Source of the DNA: Selaginella moellendorffii
Taxonomy: Eukaryota > Plantae > Lycopodiophyta
Assembly (NCBI RefSeq): GCF_000143415.4
Contig: NW_003314285.1
Location: 1,391,370-1,455,369, forward strand
Length of the DNA stretch: 64,000 bases
Direction of reading: 5' to 3'
The notes under the pieces are model-generated. The model was not told the DNA's origin. It did no database searches and saw only the letters and a program-made list of their open reading frames with translations. Within the stretch, counting starts at the first letter, position 1. The number at the start of each line of letters is the position of its first letter. The translations under genes were made by a program, and so were the position numbers. Shown in pieces: positions 37,185-47,186 of the stretch.

Positions 37185-37520
37185 AACCAAAGCCCCGTCA
37201 ACTTTCCGTTTCAAGTTGGAACTTTTGGTGACCATCCGACGGTTGCAGATGCTTTTCCCTTAACTTCGCTAATTTTCCGTCTACATGTCTGCAAGGACAT
37301 CATTGTTTTGGGAACTGATGGCCTTTTTTCACAATCTCTTCAACGACGACATAATCGAAGTTCTTACAAAATCTCTTGGGTCCGACCAAGTCAACATGAA
37401 GGTGAACTCTCGCTGTTGAAGAATCTCAACCTGATCATTGATAAACTCTTCACTTTACAGGCAGCTGCAGCAGACCTTGTAGCTGGGGCGCAGGCCGAGC
37501 GTTTGGACAGCCCGTTTGAC
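37185..37520 (+). pseudogene. PTC7-type PP2C fragment (linker 2)
   Basis: FQVGTFGDHP, DIIVLGTDGLF and AAAADLVAGAQAERLDSPF. Copy of 27780-28203. Confidence 0.8.
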
Positions 37521-37576
37521 GTGATATTTGGGTCGCGAAGGGTAAACTTTTCAAGCAGTTTTTGCGGAGGCCAGTG

Positions 37577-37771
37577 TCAGGCCGTTGATTTTTGCGGAGG
37601 CCAATTCGGCTCACACGACTCCTCCTTGGCAGCTTTCCTGAGCCTCAACACGGACGGAAATCCCGCCTTGTCGACCGATGATCCGCTACTGACGAGCTGA
37701 GCGGCCGCCGCTGCCAAGGAAAAGCATGCGAGCAGCACAAAGATCGGCAAGATGTAGCCTCTCGCCCTCAT
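37577..37771 (-). pseudogene. NCL-type exchanger 5' fragment (linker 2)
   Basis: MRARGYILPIFVLLACF...KEESCEPN with YAFLPC deleted. Confidence 0.6.
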
Positions 37772-37853
37772 GATCGAAGGGTAACCCCCTGGTCGATGGA
37801 AAAGGTATCCCTGTGGCGCGGAGCTCTAGATCTGCGCCGACTCACCTCGGATT

Positions 37854-38135
37854 CTAGAAATCTAGCAGCGTAGCCGCAATGCACCCGGCGCCATTGATTG
37901 ATCGATCTCCTCCGCGGGCAAATATCTGATAAGTAGTGGAATATTCTGGTTCCAGTGAATCTAGGCCGTCCGTCCTGGCTAGCGCTGAGCTAATCGTGTC
38001 ACTTGGAAACGAGCCCAGCTGAGAAGACACACAAATTTTTCTAGTTACGTGGTGTTCGTCATCTCGAGACACTGAAAAGAGGACTACAAGGACGACGAAA
38101 GCCAATATAATATAAACTACACCCTTTTCGTCCAA
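37854..38135 (-). pseudogene. Unidentified TM gene fragment (linker 2)
   Basis: Copy of 29680-29960. Confidence 0.45.
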
Positions 38136-38278
38136 TTATGTACACATACTTTGTTAAAAGCTTTTCATCGACATCGAAGGGGCCTCCCGGAAGAAAAAAA
38201 CGAAGAAGAACGCTAATAGTAAGAGACCTGGTGTAAGCAAAAAGATGGATGCCCCCCTTGTTGTTACATCGTCAATGT

Positions 38279-39198
38279 AGCGACTGTTTGACGACATGCC
38301 GCAGAGGGATTCGGTATCGCAGACCGCCATGGTTGCAGCTTATGCCCAATGCGGGCATCTTGATCTTGCGACGCCATTGTTACAGGATTGTTGGAACGCA
38401 ATCCTCGCGGCGACCGCTGCTGAAGGCCGGATAAGGAGAGCAAGCCAGATCTTTGAGGAAATGCCCGAGCAAGACATCGTTTCTTGGAGCACCATGCTTT
38501 CGGCATATGCCCACAACTGTCTCTTGGACGAAGCCAAACAAACTTTTGGACCGATGCCTCAGCACAACTCCACGTCTTCGACAGCCATGCTTGCGTCGTA
38601 TGCGCAGCACAAGCAGCTGCGAGAGTCCAAGGTTTTGTTCGACAACATGCTGGAACGCGACGTGGTTTCGTGGACTGCGATGCTCGCAGCGTATGCTCAC
38701 AATGGTCACGTCAGGCATTCCGAAAGGAGTGCTGCTTGCTCGGTTGAAACCCAAAATCAAGACTCATCGACACGAAGAGCGATTTTGCAGTGGAAACCTT
38801 CCCTCCCTGGCTGCAAGCAATGAGGATCGATACAAAACACACCTTGTCAATTGATCCCGCCATCTTCATCTCGTCAAAAACAACAAAAGCTTCCAAGTAG
38901 AGCCCGTTTTGAACAAGAGCGGCAAGCATAGCGCTCCAGCAGATGGTGTCCCGTTCGGGAAGCGACTCAAACAGATTGCTGCATGATCGATGTCTTTGGG
39001 CGAGCCGGGCATTTGGAAAATGCGCAAGACCTTGTGGCTAACATGCCATATGTACCAGATTCGATTCAGTGGAGGTGCTTGTTTGGAGCAAGCCGAACTA
39101 ACAATGATGTTCAACATGGAGCTTCGGTTGCTAGGGAAATAATCGGACTAGATCATTCTGCTTCATATGAGCTTTTTGCCGACTTGATAAGGTTGTAA
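38279..39198 (+). pseudogene. 5'-truncated PPR pseudogene with internal inversion, unit 3
   Basis: Same truncation point as unit 2. 38728-38974 is the reverse complement of 22432-22678. Confidence 0.92.
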
Positions 39199-39380
39199 AT
39201 TTTTTATTTATCCGTCCTTAAGGCCTTTAGTTTAAATAAATTGTAAATCTATAACTTTAGTTTAAACATAACTAACCTCTATTCTTGGGATACTTACAAA
39301 ATGTATGGCGAGATTACCAATAAAATGTAGTGAATATAACAATGTTCTGTGTTTTCTGAAACAGGTTACTTGGAAATATT

Positions 39381-40568
39381 ATGGCTGGTGTGAGAGCAAT
39401 GGTGGATTTGGGTATAGATCATGTACCAAATGAATATTTGACATCCATATGCAAAGGCATAACCATCAAAGCTCCAAACAACCTCCCAATTATTGACTTA
39501 AGTGGCATAGATAATGATGATTTGAAAAGAAAATCAGCAGCTGAAGAAATCCATCTAGCTTGCCAGAAATGGGGTTTTTTCCAGGTAAGTAAATCTCTTC
39601 TGAAATACTTTGCAAATTGTTCTAGTCAGGTCAGCGGCCATGGGATATCTAACGAGCTTATGCAAGACATCATCAAAATAGTCCATTACTTTTTTAACTT
39701 GCCTGCCAAGGAAAGGATGGTTTATTACTCAACAGATATCTACAAGAGCTTTAGATTCTCCACAGGATCCATAGCAAGTGCAAAGAAAAAGTTTTGGAGC
39801 GACTATTTGTTCCAGCACTGTCAGCCAGCAGTTCACGAGGATGATGTACCAGAAAGTATTCCAAATTACAGGTACAAACTTTCCTTTCACATGTCTTTTT
39901 ATTTTACTTTTTTCTGTTTTAACACTATATATTCATTATAACAAAGGAAAATTACAAGCAATTACGCCAAGGCTGTGGACGAACTTGCCAGAAAACTATT
40001 GCGAATTATTGCTCAAAACCTTGGTCTAGATTGGCAGATCCTGGAGAAACACTTGGATCCTCCCAAGCAAACCATGAAGATGACATATTATCCACAGTGT
40101 CCATGCCCTGATCAAGCAATTGGTATAGGTTGTCATGCTGATCCAGGAACCATAACGGTATTACAACAAGAACTTGGAGTTGAGGGCCTTGAGGTTAACT
40201 ACAATGGCCAATGGATTCCTGTGAAGCCAGTTGAAGGCGCATTAGTCATTAATGTAGCAGACATGCTCCAGGTGAAATAATTTGATGACATTTTCTATGA
40301 GCTCTTAGTTTCCCTCTTACAGATACTAAGCAACAATAAATATAAGAGTGCGGAGCATCGAGTTCTAGTGAACACTAAGGGGCCACGAGTTTCAATTGCT
40401 TCATTTTATGGTCCTACAGATGATAAACATATTGCCCCACTGGAGGAGTTGCTAGGTGACAATCCTCCCGTGTTCAAAGCATGCTTGTTCAGAGAGTACA
40501 TGGACAACTTCTACAAGAACCACCTTGGGACGCGAAACATTGAGACGCTCAAAATCCTAAACAACTGA
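39381..40568 (+). CDS. DOXC 2OG-Fe(II) dioxygenase, unit 3 (intact)
   Basis: HADPG, EHRV and RVSIASF intact, with the same three introns. Confidence 0.9.
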
Positions 40569-40851
40569 TTATAGGAAATTTATTGTCATGATAATACATT
40601 AATCCGATCCTAATATGATTAATACTACTAAGGCTGGCATGACTGTCTGAAAGCTGTCTTACGACAGAGTTCGTGCGGTTTATTTACCGTATTCCTTCAT
40701 GGGGCTCTTGTTTGCATGCTGCTGTCCAAGAAGGCTGCACAAGAAAAGCCAAAGTTCTAAGGCTGCACAACTCTTCCGTCTATACAAGGAGTTTCTTCTT
40801 CTCTTGGTAGCGATCGATTATAGCAAGGGAGAGAAGTTTCAGAGTTGTGCA

Positions 40852-41510
40852 ATGGCTGCATTGTTGAGATCCTTTGTTGTTCTCCTGGTATACATATTAG
40901 CTCATTTTTCCAATGATGTTTCTGTGATGAATTCTTTTGTTTTGTCGTAGCTTGTCGTCGTCACGGTGGAAGGGCGCTCCTGGTCTCCGCTCTACGGCAC
41001 CAACGCGGGAGTGGGATTCAACGACATGAGTTCTTCCTCGGCGATCAAAACTCTCACCGCAATCCGCGTACACTACGGCTGGGTGATCGACGGCATCCAG
41101 GGACAATACGCCACCGGCAGCTCTTCAACCTGGATGGCTAACCACGGCACAACCACGCAATTCACAGAGGTCAGTCTCCCAAAAGAACCAAAATGAGCAG
41201 TTTTCTCTTCTCCTAATCATTCCCTTCCATGACGCAGATCCAAGTCGCCTATCCGTATGAGAGGTTCGTGCGCGCCACCGGCAAGTACGGGCCATACAGC
41301 AGCGAGCAGAACCAGGGGGTCACGGTGACGGAGCTGTCGTTCGTCACGTACAACAACATCACCGGGAAGAGCGTCACGTACGGCCCGTACGGCGGGCATG
41401 AGATGAGCGGCCAGACGAGCTTCCAGACGGCGGACGCGAGCGAGATCGTGGGCTTGTATGGATTCACCTCTGACTACATGCGCGGGATTGGTTTTGCGCT
41501 CGAGCCTTAG
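40852..41510 (+). CDS. Secreted jacalin-like lectin, unit 3 (intact, most divergent)
   Basis: Three exons, ending ALEP*. Confidence 0.85.
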
Positions 41511-41940
41511 AAACTTGGATATAGATGATTAATCATCATGCCATGAATCTATCTATCTACCTAATGTTATTGATTTACAGTTGAATTTGAGAATGTAACC
41601 TCTGTTTCATCAGTCGACGCTGGTAGGTGTAATAAATCCTCCAAATAAATCAAGGACCACTTTGATAAAAAAAAGTCAATGGAAGTCAAATACAGGTGGA
41701 AATGAGATTGTTCGCCGGTATACTCTGGGAATTCGCTCGCCAGAGCACCGATACACCACTTCGAGTCCAAAAGCCCATTCGTTCAATCCAGAGAGGATTA
41801 TAACTGGATCAGTATACAGCCCCCCCCCGGATTGGTGGACTTACCATGAGAAAGTCTTTATTGACCTTGAGAAATTGAGTTTGAGTTGGTTATGAATTGA
41901 ATATTTACTAATTCTTTCAGATATCAGTGCATAAACCATG

Positions 41941-42453
41941 TCAATATGGTTTCTGGCCTATATAATTTCCTGGTGGATCATAGTTGCAACTAACAAGGTA
42001 AGCATTCATACCATTGCACTGGACATAAGCGCACCCAACTCGAACAGAGTTCTTCCACACAACCTGCGTGTAGTGTCCACAGACCTTCCCCGCCGCGCAA
42101 GTGTTTGACGCATAGTTGTAGTCGACTCGCTCGTTCACCCAGGCAGCCACAGCGTCAGTGGCGGGAGGAGCAGGCAAGCCGGGACTTCCCCACCACTTCC
42201 ACAGATTCTCGCCATATCTCCCACCCGAGTGGATCAGCGCGCAGTTGTTTTGATCCCGGAGAGTTGCCGCCCAGCTTGATGCAAACGCGGCCACTGTATC
42301 GTCCCAAACCAGCCCCGAGACATTCACAGCCGACCGAGCTGCGTTGTGTGCGCCGACAAGATCAATCTGCTGGCTTGCTTGAAGAACAACCAAAGCATCA
42401 CAAAAGAAGATCGCCAGAGTTGCAAAGAGGAGAGGAGAGCAAGGAGATTTCAT
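41941..42453 (-). CDS. PR1: PR-1, unit 3 (intact)
   Basis: 170-aa ORF with all CAP motifs. Confidence 0.97.
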   Translation of the reverse strand: MKSPCSPLLFATLAIFFCDALVVLQASQQIDLVGAHNAARSAVNVSGLVWDDTVAAFASSWAATLRDQNNCALIHSGGRYGENLWKWWGSPGLPAPPATDAVAAWVNERVDYNYASNTCAAGKVCGHYTQVVWKNSVRVGCAYVQCNGMNAYLVSCNYDPPGNYIGQKPY

Positions 42454-43472
42454 GTTGCTGGGGCGATGTTCACAATCAAGAGCAAACTCCTACGTTTATA
42501 TGCAAAGTCGTTGTTCTGATCGAGTTTTTCCACTTGTGGCGCCGACTTAGCGCTTGCGATTGTATACGATTTTTTGCTGCGACGGTGACCCATGAATCGA
42601 GTACGTTTTAGTTTGGTGCTCCATGACTTTAGCCGCCTCTTTTTCTTCCACAGCTCGAGGAGCTTCTCTTCTGGACACCCTCTGGATACAAATTCATGGA
42701 TCTTTCTTTGGCAGTTTCCTCAAGCAACTTGAATCCTCCACATGAATCCATTACCAACACTTCAGTGTTTGCGTGAACTAACTGTATCCCACGCAAAGGA
42801 TTCTATTTTGTATTCAAGGTGGTGGTGATGGTCTTTATCTTGGGATTAAAGACTGCAAAATAAGCATACAAACCATGACAGACAGCAGTTGGTCCTTGTC
42901 AGCGATTTAAACAGCGAAGCAAACATTCCAGGCTCAGTAATCTAGTCTAGTCCTCGAAACCAAAGAAAAAAAAAACAAAGAAAAAATTTCCGTGCAATCC
43001 CAAATCTCTCACTTGCACATGTTCTATCCACCCCAAAGGTTTTTGACACACTATATTACACTGGTTGGTGTGCCAACATCGCCAACTTTGAGAGATTTTA
43101 AGACACCCCAAAAGAGCAAATCACTCCATCGTCTCTTTTGAATCCATCTTCACTTGAGTGGATCCCAAAGAGAGGAAAGAGAGAAATTACAGAATTGTGA
43201 GAAAATCTTATATAACACACCGGTGGGTAGTCCTGTCTTCTACTCCCAAAAAATCTCCTTGTTCCCTAGTGGGGCTCGATCTGTACAGCTTTGTTTTTGT
43301 TCTTCCATTGTCACTCTCAAACTTTTCTCGAATCTCTTCCAGTGTGAAGCTTCACAAAACGAAAAAAAGAAGAATTACATTAGAGCCATCAATCCTAAAT
43401 GCAAAGTAAGCCTCGACACGATCGATCCAAGTCACTGTTTGATCCGATCTCGCGTAGTTTTTGCGTTTAATC

Positions 43473-44777
43473 TCAGCGCCCCTGCTTGCTACCACCCCTG
43501 CTCTTGTTAAAAGTCCTCAGCGGAGTTAGATAGAATCCCCAGTCACTGTTACCGTTACCGCTACCATGGGCCGTCGGATTTGCCAGGACGGACGACGGCG
43601 ATTCGCTCCGTATCATCCGGCGCCACCCGCCCGTGCTCCGGCTCCTCTGCAGCACGGTCGGGCTGGCACACGTGGCGGCCGCGCACTTGCGGTCGATGTC
43701 CATCAAGGACGCCACGCTGGACCTCGGCCCCGCCACGTACGCGGCACCCCCGTCCCCGCTGTCCTCCACGTCATACGCCGCGTTGGTAATCACCTTGGTC
43801 ATGTCCAGCGCGATGAGCGAGGCCACCCGGGGTTCGATTCCTTGCGCCGACGCCCTCGGGGGCTCCAAGGAGGAGGTCGCGGGGTCGATTCCAGTGGGCG
43901 CGCCGGGATGGTCGAGTGGAGGGTCCCCGAGAGGAGTGAAGCTCTTCTTGATCACGCGCCCCGAGGAGACCGATCGGCTGCGCCACAGGCGATCGCGATC
44001 GGCGTGCGCCCCGCGGTGGTGGAAATCGTCGTTCCAGGCCTCGGGAGGGAAGAAATTCGTCTCCACGGCGCCGTTGTGGCTGGACTTCTTCTTCCTCTTG
44101 CGCAGCCCAAAGAGGGAGGAGATCCAGGAGAGCTTGCCGCCGCCGCCGCTGTGGTGATGGGGATTCCTGGCGCCGCGATGATCCCTGTCAACGTGATGAG
44201 CCACGGGCGTGGCGGATGCCGATACCAGGGGACTGTGATAGGATCCAGCGGCATTCTTGGAGTTCCGAGCGGAGGAGAATCCATCCGCTGGAAACCCTCC
44301 TTCCCCCCCATTTCTTGAATCGGGAGCGGCGAATCGCGCAAACGCTGGATCCTTGGTGCTAGAGCTCCGCCGCGGCGGGTGCTGCTGCTGCCACTGCGAG
44401 AGAGATTTGGACCTGGGAAGACACGATGGAACGCTCTGCTCTACCTCTTCGTCGTCCTCCTCGCCTACATCCCCCTCTTTCTCCTCGATTCGAGCCACTG
44501 CCTCCTCGCTATCGCTCTCCATGAGCGAGAAGATCGTGCCGAGCTTACCGACGACGCTGCCGCTGCCGCATTTGCCATTGCCGTTGCTGTCGTCGGTCTT
44601 GGAGCACGAGGAGGAATCGAAGGAGCTCCTGGAGGAGGAGGAATTCGGGAGGAGCGTGTGGCTGCTGGAAGAATCGCCCGAGAGAGAGAGCCGGACGAGG
44701 CGATCCCGGAGGCACAAGTGACAAACCCCCACCGGCTGCCTCTTGCTGGGATGAACCAAGCACACCCCTGGATCCAT
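43473..44777 (-). CDS. DUF740/OCTOPUS-like protein, intact copy
   Basis: N-terminal CLVHP...GVCHLCLRDRL signature, Ser-rich, intronless. True ATG at 44777 (the track start is TTG). Confidence 0.85.
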   Translation of the reverse strand: MDPGVCLVHPSKRQPVGVCHLCLRDRLVRLSLSGDSSSSHTLLPNSSSSRSSFDSSSCSKTDDSNGNGKCGSGSVVGKLGTIFSLMESDSEEAVARIEEKEGDVGEEDDEEVEQSVPSCLPRSKSLSQWQQQHPPRRSSSTKDPAFARFAAPDSRNGGEGGFPADGFSSARNSKNAAGSYHSPLVSASATPVAHHVDRDHRGARNPHHHSGGGGKLSWISSLFGLRKRKKKSSHNGAVETNFFPPEAWNDDFHHRGAHADRDRLWRSRSVSSGRVIKKSFTPLGDPPLDHPGAPTGIDPATSSLEPPRASAQGIEPRVASLIALDMTKVITNAAYDVEDSGDGGAAYVAGPRSSVASLMDIDRKCAAATCASPTVLQRSRSTGGWRRMIRSESPSSVLANPTAHGSGNGNSDWGFYLTPLRTFNKSRGGSKQGR

Positions 44778-46354
44778 CGCCAAATCGATCTAGTAGCAGC
44801 GAGCGCGAGAGGGAGAGAAGAAGAAGAATCGATCGATTGCTCCTGGAAATCCCGGCCAATTCGCGCAAGAACACGCCGCTAGGCTAGATCGTGGCGGTCA
44901 AGGCGAGTGAAATCCTCCAGAGAAGAAAATGGAGCCATCCATCTTCACTAGCGTCTAAACCCTAAGCCAGCCGTTTTACACGCAATTAATCCTAACCCTC
45001 GCCCATTTAATTAACCGCGCGTGGATATTCGCTGCCGCCAGCGTCCATTCAATGCCAGATATTCGCTCCCGGGAGAAATCTGGGCCGTTGGGCCGCGAGT
45101 TTTAATTGCACCTCCTTTATACCTTGGCTGGGCGATGTGTAAATCTCTTAAAAATTCGCTATTCTTCCGCCTGGCAGCGCTGCGCTGTTGTGGCGACTGT
45201 TTGAATGGATCTCCGCGAATTTCTTTTTGTCTGTTGATCCCGAATCGTCACTCGCCACTGCCGTTGATTGGTCGCTGTTGCTTTCAGCGGAAAAAAATGC
45301 TACTACCATCTTCGTCTTCCTTCCTGAGAGATTTGCAAAGACGAGAGAGTGAGCGAGTGGCGGTCGAAGTCAGCTTAATAACAAAGTGAGTGGTGTGGAC
45401 GAGCCAAAGTGATGATCGATCCAGAAAAACCAGCGGGGCGAGAGTGTAAATACCTTTGTGATTGATTGATCGATCCATCCATCGGTCGCTTCCCTGCTGT
45501 ACCGCTGCAACGCCTGTCTTCCTCTTAGCAAGATCACGAGCGATCACCACCTGTAAGCATGCCGTGCATAAAAACAACGGAGGAATTCTTTCTCCTGCTT
45601 TTCTGTTTGTACCTGTTCTCGATCCAGCGCTGCAGTGACATCACGGACCAGCTGCAGCGAAACTGGCCATGGGTCTCCTCAAAATGCCTCTTGTTTGGAT
45701 GCGCTCGCTTGTTTTCTTCTTTGCGGCTGATAAGTCAAGCAAAAAGATTAGTCAATGCGGAGAAAAGGAGACAAAGTATGCTGTGATGCTTACTTGAATA
45801 TCATAAGTGGATTGGAGTCGGAGTGGTCCCGTAAAGGCCATCGTCACAGATGACAATCGCAGAAGAAATCCTTTTCCCCGCTCTCACTTCTCCCCTGCCG
45901 AAATCAAATCGAGCTCCCAAACCATGGAAACGTTTTCATGTGAGCGCAGCAGCTCCAGCACGTGAAAACCTTCAAGCGCTCCTGTCTGCGAGTGTGCAGT
46001 GCCCTTTCCTATACGTACCCAAATTCATGAACTAGAGATCCAAAAACAAATGCCAAGCGAGAGAGGTACTATACCGATGCGCAGAGAGAGAGCTAGAAAT
46101 TTATTTCCCAGTGTTGGGTGTGGTCGCCTGCAAATGCCCTGTCCCTCGAGACGAGCATCTTTGGCAACCGCAATTTTCTGGCTACGCAACAACTGCCGTG
46201 AGTCGCATTTACAGGCCATACCGCAAAGCTTGACGCCTTTTGATTCTCTCACCAGACATATCACTGTAAAGATACAAGAGAGAGGAAGGACCGTCAGCAA
46301 AGCTTGGTTGCTTTACTGAGAAACTTACGGAAATAGGAAAGAACTGGCACTCCT

Positions 46355-46827
46355 TCATTCGATTTGGATCTCTTCGGGACCGCCATCGTCCTTGTCTGTG
46401 ATCGTCTCCAGCTTCTCGTCAGCCTGGAGCTTCGCTGCCGTGGCAGTCTTTTCGATCCAGCCTTTGAGAGGCTCCTCGTTTAAGTCGAGGCGGAGCATTC
46501 CCGCAAAGACGCCACCGAGGAAAGCGATCGGTTCCTGTTAGATAAAACACGCAGGCTTTCTTTCTCAGAGAGTTTTATATAACCAAAGCGTCATACCTTG
46601 AGAGCTTCCTTCACGATTGGATCCTCTCTGGGATCAAAAAATGCCGCTACTTTGGTGGCTGGCCTTCTGCTTTGGCGGGCGAATTTTGGAGTACGAGAAA
46701 GATCGTGCTGGAATACTGGGAAAACTGCCTGGAACGTAGCAAAATCTTAGCATGAGATAGGAGAAAACCACCAGACAAATCTAAATACCTTGTTCATGAA
46801 GCAGCTGGAAGAAGATAGGAGAGCCAT
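46355..46827 (-). CDS. UPF0426 (At1g28150-like) chloroplast protein, three coding exons
   Basis: Not in the ORF track. Spliced MALLSSSSCFMNK|AVFP...DPIVKEALK|EPIAFLGGVFAGMLRLDLNEEPLKGW...EEIQIE*. Confidence 0.88.
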
Positions 46828-47059
46828 GACGATACCTGTCTACCACAACACAAATATTTCGAGATTTAGATCAATTTTGCTAGAGAAAAACCATGTACAT
46901 CGATCGGGCAATGCCAAAGCAAGCAAATCTCTGCTGCATTGGCTGGAAATCACATGCCCGATCGAGGCGGAGCTGCTATCGCTTCAATGGAACGAGCTAA
47001 TCGGCACGAAATCTCGCCGGATAGCCAGAGAAGAAGCGTCAATCGATCACATACCTTGT

Positions 47060-47140
47060 TAAACCCTAGTCGCGAGAAAGAATATCCACTCTCCTCTACT
47101 GGGAAGTTTTAATGCGTCTCTAGGGTTAGGGTTTATAGGG
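47060..47140. promoter_or_regulatory. Telo-boxes in the bidirectional UPF0426/RID3 promoter
   Basis: aaaccctag at 47061 and tagggttagggttt at 47121. Confidence 0.6.
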
Positions 47141-47186
47141 AGGAGAGAATTACGGCCTGGAGAGGGCCGTCCTTGGATGGGGCAAG

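Larger units (their letters stand above)
21962..44800. repeat. Three-unit tandem segmental duplication (21962-27568, 30176-36414, 38279-44800)
   Basis: Near-identical PPR 3' half, 2OGD, jacalin, PR-1 and DUF740 blocks in the same order and orientation, with identical junction sequences. Confidence 0.97.

Noticed and set aside
37577-37771. 64-aa ORF resembling a secreted peptide-hormone precursor
   Set aside because: Comparison with 28240-28432 shows it is a deletion-damaged 5' fragment of an NCL-like exchanger.
45405-45480. C-box-like GTGATGA (possible snoRNA) or miRNA hairpin
   Set aside because: No D box (CTGA) at a suitable distance and no extended stem.
47121-47140. Telomere-like repeats
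   Set aside because: Only short promoter telo-boxes, not an interstitial telomere.
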